The translations under genes and the position numbers were made by a program. Below the pieces are notes generated by a model that saw only the letters and a list, made by a program, of their open reading frames with translations, did no database searches and was not told the DNA's origin. A DNA stretch of 64,000 nt from Patescibacteria group bacterium (GTDB lineage: Bacteria > Patescibacteriota > Microgenomatia > UBA1400 > PJMF01), in the NCBI GenBank assembly GCA_016861205.1, contig BOKX01000001.1, positions 895,835 to 959,834 on the forward strand, in the 5' to 3' direction. Below, one piece after another: positions 50,203 through 62,200 of this stretch (position 1 is its first letter; each line of letters starts with the position of its first letter).

Positions 50203-53200
50203 TTAGTTCAGTAGCCACCAGGTGAACTGGACGTCTCGGTCGGGCAGGGCGGTGTCAAAGCCGACCACGAACTGACCTTCTTTTTCAGAGGTGCTTGGGT
50301 TTTCAGGAGTGATTGACTTGACGTACAGGACTTGGTTGTTGGTTGAGCCGAGTGGGGTGACCTGGACGACTGTTTCACTGGTGATTTGCTCAGACTTGAT
50401 GACCATTTCGGTCTGGCCTTGTTTGACGACAGCCTTACCTGAGGTCTTGGTGGTTTCGGCTTGGTTCTCGTTACCACTCAAGTCTTGGGCGCCGACCCCG
50501 ATACCGCCAGCGAAGTTGGCGCGGCCGTCGGCTGAGATGGTGGCGACTGGGGTGCCAAGCTCGTCGACGATCTCGAAGCGTGACTCACGGACTTCGCCAG
50601 ACTCGGTGGCTACGCCAGCGACTTTGACTTGCAATGGGTTGGTGAAGTCAGTGGGTTGGATCAGATCAGTTAGGAGGCTGTCCTCAACAGTCACGGTACC
50701 AGCCACGGTTAGGTCACCCGTCACGATGACTTGGCCGTTTGACTTCAAGCTAAGTAAGCCAGCCATCATCGACAGCGTACCTTGGCCATGAGGTTGAATT
50801 TCAAACACGGTCTCGGCTGGGTTAGCAGAGTCTAAGTAGCTCAAGACACCATCGCTCAGCTGGGTACCTTCACCGATCAGCAGTTGGTTGGCAATGCCCA
50901 CTGAGTCACCGAAGTAGGCAGAGCCGTTGACCTCGAAGTAGCGGTTGATGAAGGCAGCATCGGCACCGATTGAGACGTCAGTGCTGGCTAAGTTGAGGTC
51001 GCTGAGTGACTTGTTCATGATGGCAGAGCCAGTGGCCGAGTAGCCAGCTTGGTCGATGACTGAGAATAGGGAGGCGACTGAGGCAGCGGTGGAAGCGTTA
51101 TCAGGTTCGCCGAGCAGTTGAGCCAACAGAGACGGTTTCTGAATGGCGGTGGCCACTTTGTCGTCAAAGCCGTCAATGTTGTCGGCGTACAAAGTGCCAG
51201 AGATGGTGGCGGTGATCAACTCAGCGGTGTCCGCCTTGATCTGTTCGAACTCAGCCACTTTGCCCTCAAGTGCAGCGATACGAGCTGAGGTGGCGTCGAG
51301 TTGACCGGAGATAGTAGCGGTACCACTGATACTGGCATTGTCACTCAAGAGTGAGCCTAGGCGAGAGGTGCCGTTGACAGTCAAGTCGCCCGCCAGCTGG
51401 GTGTTGCCTTGGTCGTCGATGCTGGCCACTGGTTGGTTGTTTTGGTTAGTGACCTGGAAGCGGTCATTGTTGTCACTCAGTTTGACGTTAACAGTGTCGC
51501 CAACTGGAGTGATGAGGTCAGTTTTAACCTCTGGAGTTTGGATGCGGACCTCAGCCAAGAGCTGGCGAGTGCGAATCACGCCGGCTTTTAGGTTGGCCAC
51601 GGCTAGTTCAGCAAAAGCATCAACTTTCTCGAGCAGATTGCCGTTGTAGCTGGCATTGTAGGTGGCGGTGGCCACAGGAGCGGAGTCATTGCCAGCGATA
51701 GTTACGTCACCGCTCGAAGTAATCCGGATGCTTGGGTCGAAGTAGGAGGTGTTAACAAACACCATGACTTTTCCGGTGCCGGCCTGTGGTTCGGGCAGAG
51801 GTTGACGCTCTGATGAACCAGCTAACCGATCCTGCTCAACTTTAAGTGTTCCAGCTGAGAGTTTATGGGTGCCATCATAAGCTTCAAGGGCATAGCCGAT
51901 AATTCGGCCGGCCTTGGTAGCTTTCATGGCCACACCTGGTTGACTGGCAGAGGTTAATGGATCGCCAACGGCAATTGGGCCATTTTCTAGACTGACCTTG
52001 ACTGGCACGCGTCCAACCAAGGCCACTGGTTGAGTATCAACCACTTCGCCGCCCTCAGTATCGCCCCATCCCGCTACTAATCCTGGGTCAGTGGAAATGA
52101 CGCCTACTACCATGCTGTCATAACTGACGCCTGAGCTCTTGCTTAGGGTTTTTCCAGGTTCAGCAACAGGTGCTGTGGTAATGGCTACCAAGTCACCCTC
52201 TTCAGCGTTGCCCAAAACTTTGTACATTTCGGCTACGTCAGCACCGCCACCGTTCCAGGCTCCATCAGCGTAAGCCTGACCATTGGTTTCAAGACGATAT
52301 TCATTGTCTGGGGTGCCGTCTTCGTCAGTTCGCAGTAGCATAAAGTACTCGTTCGCGGTGCCCACATCGTTGGTTGACCAAGCTGACATAACCTCAAATG
52401 TGCTAAGCAAGTGCGATCCAACACTGGTGCCCGTCGCCCCGAACGGTGTGCCACCTTCACTGGTTACCCACAATCGTGTTCCACCACCTTGAGTGGTGCC
52501 GATAGCCACCGAGCCATTGTTCCTGACTGACATGACGTGGCGGCCACTAACGCCTGCCCGGAAGATATCGCCACTACCATTGTTTTCAACTCGCAAGCCG
52601 ACACCACTGGTTGAGCCTGAGAAGGTGGCAATTGGTAGTGATGAGGAGTAACCACGAACATCAACAGCTCCCAGCAGATTAGCATTTGGGGTGTTAACAC
52701 CCATGCCACCACTGTTGGTGAGGACAAAGCGGGTGGTACCTGAGGCTGAGGCAGTAAACAGGTCACCATTAGACTCGGTTTGGTTAATGGTCAAGACAGC
52801 CTTGCCGAAGGCAGGGGTGTCGCCACCAGTTTGGAGGTGGAGTAAACCTAAGTATGATCGACTGTCACCGAGGATAGTCCGATTTGTGACCCCATCAATA
52901 TGGAGAGCGTAGGAACCGTTGGAGCCGGGGTCACTCAGGTAGTAGTTATTGAGGATAAACTCATCAGCGCCACTATCAGCTGAAATTTGCCATAAGTTAC
53001 CTAGCTCAGTTGCTCCATCATTGTGACTAAAGATGATGTTTGAGGCACCACCGTCAACTGAACTCATCTGGAACTCAGCGTACGGATCGCCACCAGCGAA
53101 GGATCGGAACATCATGGTGGCTCGAGTAGAAGCTCTCTCAAAGTGGAGTCCGTAGGCAGGGGCGGTAGTGCCGATACCCAGGTCACCGTTACCGAGCAAA

Positions 53201-56200
53201 GTCAGATCGGCCGCGTTGTCATTGTTGCGAACTTGGAAGACAGTTTCGGCGGCGGCCAAATCAACTACCCCGGTGCCCGATCGGCGGGCGCCAGTTAGCA
53301 TAATCATCGGTACAGTGTCTGTGGGGTTGGTAGAGCCAGAGTAGCCGCGCAGTTCGAGTGCCTGTGCGCCAGAGACTTGGTCAGCAAACCCAGTTAACAT
53401 GGCTCCACCGTTGGTGCCAGAGATTGCCCCGATGTGGAAGATGGTGTTCGTGGTGGTCACGCCAGTGATGCCGTGCGCCACATCAGCATCACCCATGGCA
53501 AAGGTGGTGTCACCCGAAGTGGTGACCAAGTGCAAGTTGTAGGTCGGGGCAGTAGTGTTGATGCCAACTCGACCGACGCCGTTAAGCGGGTTGAGATAGA
53601 TGTTGCCGGTAGTGGCGCCGCCAATGGTTATAGGTCGGCTACTTGTCGATCGAATGGTACCCCCAGATCCACCTAGAGTGATGTCACCAGAAATAGAAGC
53701 TGTTGGAAAACCACCACTGACGTTATTTAGGAAGGCAAAGTTAGCACTGTCAGTGGCTAAGCCACCAACTAGGAGGTCGAGCGTGTTGTTGGTGGGACTC
53801 AGTGCGCCCTGATACAGTCGCCAGTAGGCACCCAGCGAAGTTTCTGGGTTGGCCCAGGTGAGGGTGCCTGAACCGTTCGTCTGGAGAATGTAGCCAGCTG
53901 TTTGTGATGTTGGCCAGGTGTAGGCTAAGTTGCCAAAGACCGTCGTGCCATCTACTTCCAAGTCACCTTGAATGTAGAGATCATTGTCAGTGCTCATACT
54001 GCCGGAGGCACCAGCCGTTGAATCAGCCATCAGGTTGTAGTTCACCGTACTGCCATTACCGCCGATGTTCAAAATCGCATCAGCACCGAAGATGGCATCG
54101 CCAGCAATGTTAAGAGCGGTGCCAGTAGCAGCTGGGTCGAGATAGAAGGCTTCGTTAGCCATATCAGAAAAGCGCTGAGCGATGGCGTACCCATTAGTGT
54201 CAACTCGGAAGCGTGTCACGCCAGAAACTGAGGCTGACAGAATGTCGCCTGAGTTGAGCTGGTCGATGACCAGGGCCGCATTGGAGCTGTAGTTGCCAAC
54301 CACATGGAGATCTGCGTGGGGAGCGGTGGTGCCGATCCCGACGTTGCCATCTGAGTTAATATGAAGTCGGTCAATCCCACTAGTCATGAGGGCAACATCT
54401 GTCCATGAACCATGAGCTGCAAAACGGGCAGTGGTTCCCGAGAAATCAACTGTTTGTGCACCGCCGAGTCGGAAATCGGTGGAAGCGTTGACATATCCAT
54501 TGCCAGTAATGTTGCCGACGACTTGCAGCGCCTGGCTTGGACTCGTCGTCCCAATCCCGACGTTGCCACTGGGGAGAATGGTCATCGCGGTCGTCCCATC
54601 AGACACAAAACTCAGATTACCGGTGTTGGCGTCACCGAGTGTCAGAGTGCGCTGGTTGGTGGTGGCAATCACCCCAGCTGAGTTGAGCGTAATATTGCCC
54701 GAGATACTGGCAGTAGGTGTACCTGAGTTGACATTGATGAAGGCAAAGTCAGCGCTGCTCGAGGCGCTCCCGCCGATGAGCAGATCAGTGGTGTCGTTAG
54801 CGGGAGAGAAGGCACCATCAATGATTCGCCAGTAGTTAACAGCTTGAGAGGTGGAAGCGATGCCCACCCAGGTACTGCCATTATAGTAGTAGGGAATGTT
54901 GTCACCCGTGTTGTAGTACATCGAGCCGGCACCAAGTGCAGTCGGGTTTGAGCCAAAGTTGCCGATGCGTGTCTGGCCTGCAATCGAGACGTTTTGACTA
55001 AAGTTAAAGTAATCACTGGTCGTGTTGTAGCTCATGATGCCCTCATCACCGCTTGAGCCGATGTGGAGGCTACTGGGGCCAAGGTACAGATCTTGCCAGC
55101 GTAAGGTGTCGCTGCCCAAGTCGCGAGTGTCATTCCCATCGGGCAAGAGGTTGCCCACAATTTCCACGGTGCCAGCGGTCAGGCTAAGGGTGCCATCGAC
55201 ATCGTTGTCGATAGTTTCGCCGTTTTGGAATGAGATGTCGGTAGTGACGTCAGCGTCGGCGATGTTGATAGCGTTGACGATGCCACCGGAGATGTTACCG
55301 CTGTTGGTAATGTATATGGCATTTTGCACGACCGTTGAGCCTGTGCCTGAGGTATCTTGGTTGTCGAGTCGGAGAAGCGCAGTGACGTTGTTGTCGGTGG
55401 TGTTAGAAGTACCCATGTTTCTGACTTGAAGAGCGTACTCGGTGTTTCCAGAAGTTGATGGATTGTTGGTTAATCGGACATCAACCCCGGCCAGGTCCGT
55501 CGTGCCGCTACTGTTGCTGTTGGTAACGTTGAAAATGTTGGCAGTTATGCCGCCAGTCCCAGCTGGGTTATAGGTGGATGAAAAGTACGAGGCAATTCCG
55601 GTGGTCATAGTGTTGGAAATTACAGAGTAGCCAATTCCAGCTGTACCTGTGTACTCCTGTTGCCAGGGGTAACTTCCTTGACTCAGCAAGAATTGATTAT
55701 CAAGCGTGGGACTGTCAACGAACTCGGTGAAATCAATACAGTCGGTACAGCTGAAGTCGCTGGCGGTGACGGTAGCATTGGTAAAGTTGACCACAGTGCC
55801 ATCAGCTTCGAGGTTGCCCTCGATGTACAGGTCGTCGTCACTGTCCATACTGGCCGAAGCGCCGGCAGTTGAGTCGCCGATCACGTTGTAAGCCACGTCT
55901 GAGCCTGAGCCACCGACGTTGAAGGTGTTGGTATCGGTAAAGATCAGGTCGCCGCCACCGATATTGAGGGTCAGGTCACCAGTGGTGGTTTGGAGGGTGC
56001 TGGCTTGATAGAGAACTAGATTGCCGGCGTTACTTAAGCTCAGTCGTCGTGTGCCAGAAGCAGAAGCAGCCAGGATATCGTCAGAGCCAGTTTGATTGAA
56101 CATGGCTAGGGCGTTGCCAGCGGCATTTGCCGTGCCAGTGACGACAAATCTGCCCAGAGGTGCAGTGGTACCAAAACCAACGTTACCACCTCTAGTCATA

Positions 56201-59200
56201 GCCATGTAGTTGCCGGCGGTGGTGCCAGTATTCAAAAATGTACCAAACGTGACGTAGGCGTTACCGCCCCCAGAGTTGTTACCGCCTTGAATGCCAGCAG
56301 ACAACATATTCCCTTGACCGTCGCCGCCGCCAGCCCTGATTAAGAATGGACTACTTGGACCGCCACTGTTGGCCCAGATGCCGCCATTGACGGTCAAAGT
56401 GTCATTGATATTGCCGGAGGTAGTGTTGATACCGACCCGACCACCAGTTGGGTTGAGGACCAGTGTCCGGTTGAGGCTGGTCGTAATTACACCATCTCCA
56501 GTCAGTGACAAGGCGTTGCCCGCCGTGGTGCCAGACATACTGGCGGTGACGTTGCCAGAGCCGTTGATGTTGGTCACGGCAAACCGGGCGCTGGCAGTGG
56601 ACTGGCCCCCGATTAACAGATCCACAGTCGAGTTAGCCGGGTAGAGGGCGCCGTTGCCTTGGTACCAGAACACATTGGCTAGAGTGGCCACTGTGGTCCA
56701 GCTTAGGACACCTGAGCCATCGGTGCTCAACACCTGGCCAGTGCTACCAGCGGTGTCTGGTAAGGTCAGTGTGACATCTGACCCGACCGTCGCGGGAGCC
56801 TGCAGTGCCACGTAGTTGGTGGAGTCGGAGTCAGCTAGGCGGAGGTCGCTCTGAGCTGGCAAGAAAACGTTGTCGTTTAGGTCAATCTGAGTTGAGTTGG
56901 AGCTCAAGCGCAAGTTACCACTCACATCTTCAATGACGTGGGCGACGCTGTCGATAACTGAAATAATTCCGCTGCTGTTGATCTGGAACTGTGAAGTGCT
57001 ACCCACTGAGAAAAGTGAGTCTGGAGTGGTATCTCCACCCACGCCCACGTTGCCAGCACCAGTGATGGTCATGCGGTTGTTAGCGCCGTTGGTGTAGAAG
57101 TTGATAGCCGCGTTCTGGCGGTTGGCAAAACCGATTTCTGAACCGTTAGAAGTTCCAAAGTCAGCAGTAGGTGTTCCAGAAGTATCAGTAAACTGAATGG
57201 CGCCACCAGCGCTACCTGCGATTACAAGTGACGTATAGTCACTGCCACCGGTAGAACGCAGCCACAGCCGACTCACTTGACTTGCACCACCCCAACCCGT
57301 TGCAACGTTGGTTGGAGCAGTGGTGCCGATACCGACGTTATTCAAGTTGCGGTCAAAGGTCATGATGTTACTCTCAGAACCACCAGTTACCCCTTGAACG
57401 TACAAGCGGCCAGATGAAGCATCTTCTAAGTTGAAAGAGTAGCCAGCATCACTATTTTGCTGTTTTAGGTACAAAAGCTGTGTGTTGCTGCTGACGCCAT
57501 CAGCATCCACAATGGTCAGCACTCGGTTAGAAGAGGTAGTTCCAATGCCGATGTTGCCATCTGGACGCATGGTCATCAAATGGGTGCCATCTGAGTAGAA
57601 GTTAATGTTTCCGGTGTTGCTATCACCAATATTGAGTGGTTGCTGATTAGTAGTAGCAATGACACCGGCAGAGTTAAGGGTGAGATTACCAGAGATACTG
57701 GCGGTGGGAGTGCCACTATTCAGATTGATAAAGGCAATATCTGCGCTGGCACTGGACTGACCACCAAAGAGGACATCGACAGTTGAGTTGGCTGGGTAGA
57801 GAGCACCATTGCCTTGGTACCAGAAGATGCTGGATAGCGTGGCAGCGCTGGTCCAGCTCAGGACACCTGATCCATCAGTGGACAACACTTGGCCACTGTC
57901 GCCATCAGTATCTGGCAAGGTGAGGGTGTAGTTGGTGCCGATGGTGGCGGGGGCTTGAATCGCGGCGTAGTTGGAAGAGTCGCTATCGCCAAAGCGCATG
58001 TTACCTTGAGTGTTGATGAAGATGTTTCCACCAGCAATCTGCAATCGTTCGTTAATAGTAGTAGTACCAATACCGATGTTCTGCGAACTGTTAATGCGCA
58101 TGGCGGTGGTGCCGTTGGTGGCAAAGCCCATGGCGTCGATGTCGTGCATGTAGCTGATGACACCCATGTCTTCGCTATCTTGGTCTGAAAAGCTTAGGAT
58201 TTGGTGAGCGGTGTTGCCACTGACCCACTTGAGGCGATTGGTGCTAAAGGCCTCGAGTACCAACATGTCGTTGCCATCCAGTGAGTAGCCGCGGGTGCTG
58301 CTGCTGCGGTAGAGGTGGGCAAAGCCCTCTGGGGCGGTGGTCCCGACCGCGATCCGGCCACCTGAGCCGTTGTTGGGCATCATGATGATGTTACCGGTGG
58401 TGGAGCCGCCGAGGGTGAGAGAGCGATTGTTGGTGGACTGGATGGCGCCACTGGTGTGGTTGAGCGTCAGGCTACCGGCGATCGAAGCGGTGGGGGTGCC
58501 TGAGTTGTTATTCAAGAAAGCAAAGTTGGCACTAGCCGAAGCCTGACCACCGAAGAAGACGTCCACGGTTGAGTTCAGTGGGAAGAGCGAACCATTGGTT
58601 TGGTTCCAGTAGTTGGTGCCGGCGGCTACCCACGAGAGGACGCCAGAGCCGTCGGTAGACAGAACTTGCCCACTGTCACCGTCATTGTCAGGCAACGTGA
58701 GGGTGTAGTTGGTTCCGATCGTGGCCGGAGCCTGGATAGCAGCGTAGTTGGTAGAGTCGGAGTCGGCTAGGCGGAGGTCGCCCTGGGCGTTGATCTGGAA
58801 GTTACCGGTAGCAAGTTCGAGGGCGTTGGTAGGAGTAATAGTGCCGATTCCGAGATAGCCATTTTCATCAAAGGCGCTTAAACCAGTGCCACTCGAGTTT
58901 TGCAGTTCAAGTAAGTTATTAGTCTGTGACGTAGCAGCTCTGATTTTTACCGCAATTTCATTGGCTGTTTGGTTAAAAACTGCAAAAAGATGATCTGTTT
59001 CAGTACTGATGGTACCGACATTGACGGAGTCTCGTGCGTTACCGTAAATCGTGAAGAGATTGTCGGTTGATCCGCCATCAGCACGGAGAATGGTGAAAGT
59101 GTCAGAAGCTCCGATGTTGTCTGGGTTCAGCCAGATTCCTGGTGCTCCAGCACCACCTAATGCAACCAAGCGTGCGTTAACACCACTGGTTCTGTTTCCA

Positions 59201-62200
59201 TATAGGCTGGTTGTTTGATTACTAATTGACAGTTTATCGGTCACACCCGCATCACCACCTGGACTCGTCCGAATCACAAATGATTCTCCGTTCAAAATAT
59301 TGATTGTTGGGTCAGTTGTCCCTCGGAAGGAAAGTGTGCCCGAGAGTGATGCTGAGCCAGCTACGTCAAGTGTGGCCGTGGCATTGGTACTATCAAATCC
59401 TGGCCCGATGCCCCAGTTACCAGCCGAACTCACAGCACCAATCACACTGTTGTTCAGAGCAAAGAAAATCTGACGGCCACTAGCAGCATTGAGGTACGTG
59501 CTCCCGACATTCGATTGCAGCAGGGCGTAATTACCAGTGGCTGAGTGATCTAGTGCCTGGTTGCCAAAGTAGGCATAGTCAGTGTTGGCTGGCCAGGCAC
59601 CGGTTTCGGCAGCTCCAATTCGACCGGTGGTAGTGATGCTGCCAACGGCAAAGTCAAAGTCAGGGCTGGAGGTGCCGATACCCACTCGGCCACCGGTGGC
59701 ATTCAGGGTGAGTGTTCGGTTAAGGCTGGTTTGAATGGCGCCGTCGCCATTGAGTGACAGAGCATACCCGGCGGTGGTCCCAGACATAGTGGCAGTGACT
59801 GCGCCAGAGTTGACGTTAGTCACCGCGAACCGGGCGCTGGCGGTAGATTGACCACCGATGAGCAGATCCAGAGTTGAGTTCACCGGGTAGAGCGCACCAT
59901 TACCAGTGGACCACAAGCTGTTACCGATGGTAGTGCCGTAGATTTCATTAATGGCATCTACGAGGCCTTGGGGCAAACCGGCATCCAGAGCGGTGTCAGC
60001 TACAGTCAGAGCGATGTTGCCGGTGCGGGTGTCGCTCAGATACAGCTCTCCGTTGCTGCTCAAAACCAAGTTGCCAGAGGAGTTAGCTAAGGCGTGGGCC
60101 ACGCCACCAATGGCGGCGATGTTTCCAGAGGAGTTAACCTGGAACAGATCGCCATTGCCGACGGTCAGCATGGCTGCAGGTGAAGTGTCTCCGATACCGA
60201 AGTTGTTGTTGAAGAGTGTAGCCAGTGTGGCATTTCCAACTTGGAAACCAATTGAGCTGGCAGCGGCTGTATCAAGCACGAGTGAACCAGAACTGAGCAA
60301 CTCAACAGAACCGGAACCTGTATTCTGGATAGTCAGTTCACCAGCTGAAGTGTCAAAGTAGGCGTTGCCCACGACGTGGAGTGTTTGCCCAGGCACGGTG
60401 GTACCCAAACCCAACAGACCAGCGTTGGTCAAGACCATTCGGTTTGTACCAGAGGCAGAGGCGGCGATGATGTTGCCAGAATTGGTCTGGTCAACCACCA
60501 GGGCAGCGTTGGAACCGTAGTTACCGACTACATGGAGATCTGCGATGGGTGAAGTGGTACCGATGCCAAGATTTCCGTTACTATCGAGAGTCATGAAGGC
60601 AGTACTTGATTGTCGGAAGACAAGCCTTCCGCCACCGTATGAGCTAGCATTACCAGTTGAGTACAAATTAAAACTAGTTCCGCCGGCGCCAGTATTTGAA
60701 AGGCCAACCATCGGTAGAATAGATGAAATCTCCAGCTGATAAGCTGGAGTCGTGCTGCCAATTCCGACATTACCTGTTGGCAAAAGTGACATGACCTCAG
60801 TTGCAGGGAAACCTTGGTTGTATCGATTAGCATAGCTGTATGAGCCAATAGCTAATCGTGAAGCCGTATCGGTGAAACCTAGTACAGCTCCGCTGGTGCC
60901 TGTCCAAAGATTCACAAACCTACTGGCGTCGGTTCTTTCAAAAACGAAACCTGGTGTGCCAGTCCCGGCAGTGACTCTGACTGGGAAGGCAGGAGAGCCG
61001 GAAGGTGCTGCTGATGGACCAACAACATCAAAAAGAGTGGCAGGAATCGAAGTCCCAATCCCCACATTCCCATTCTGGGTAATCACAAACCGGTTTAAGC
61101 CTGAGCTGGAGGCGGTGAAGATGTCACCCACACCTGAGTTATCGGCTACCAAGGTGGCAAAGGCGGTAGCACCAGAGACAGAAGCAACCGGCAGCGTCCC
61201 AGACATGGCCCTCAGGTCTAAGGTGCCTCTGGGACTAGTTACGCCATTTTCACCAATTCCTACCAATCCAGCTCCAGTAATGGTTACTCGTGAGAGCGCG
61301 TTGGTAGCCAAAGTTAGGGGAGTGTTTTCTCGGTTATAAACCAAGGCACCACCATTGTATCCGAGAGTCAGCCCATCGTTTTCGCTATGTCCAGTGGCGC
61401 TTGAAGTGATACTGATGTACGCCAAAGCACTATTTTGTGCAGAAACTTGAAGTTTCGAGCGAGGACTAGTTGTGCCAATTCCCACATTGCCATCGTTTGG
61501 ATTAAGGAGCAACGAGCGACTTAAGCTTGTGGCGATAGTACCATCACCAGTCAGGTATAAGCTGTTCCCAGCTGTTGAACCCGAAAAACTAGCCGTTGGG
61601 GTGCCGCTATTTACATTCAAGAACTTGAAGATGGCACTGGCACTCGACTGGCCGCCAATCAAGACATCCATGGTTGAGTTCTTGGGATAAATGACACCGT
61701 CACTGGCTGACCAGTGCACGCTGCCAGCACCAGCCAAAGCTGGATCTACCCAGCTTAAGGTGCCACTGCCATTTGTAGACAAAATATACCCAGAGGCTTG
61801 GGAGCCGGGCCAAGTGTAGGTGATGCCATTGAAAGCGGTGGTCCCAGTGGCAAAGTCAAAGTTGCCGCTAGATGAGATGGTCAGCCGATTGTTGCTGCCG
61901 CCGGTTCGGAAGATTAAGGAGCCAGTGGCGTTGGTAGCAGAAACGTAGTTCTCAGCGTTTCGTGAGAAGGCCAGGGTATTGGCTTGGAGCGTGGAGTTGT
62001 AAGCAGCTGCCTGAGTGACAGTCAGAGCCCCGTCACTGCCAAAGTAGGCCAGGTTGGTACCACTGCTGTTGTTGATGTCAGCGATGTGGGCAGTGCCACT
62101 CGGGCCACCCTGAACAGTCAGTGGCACGCCGCCGGCGTAGGTGGCTGAGATGGTGGCACCTGGAGAATAGACGTAATCTCGAGAGATCACCCCACCGATA

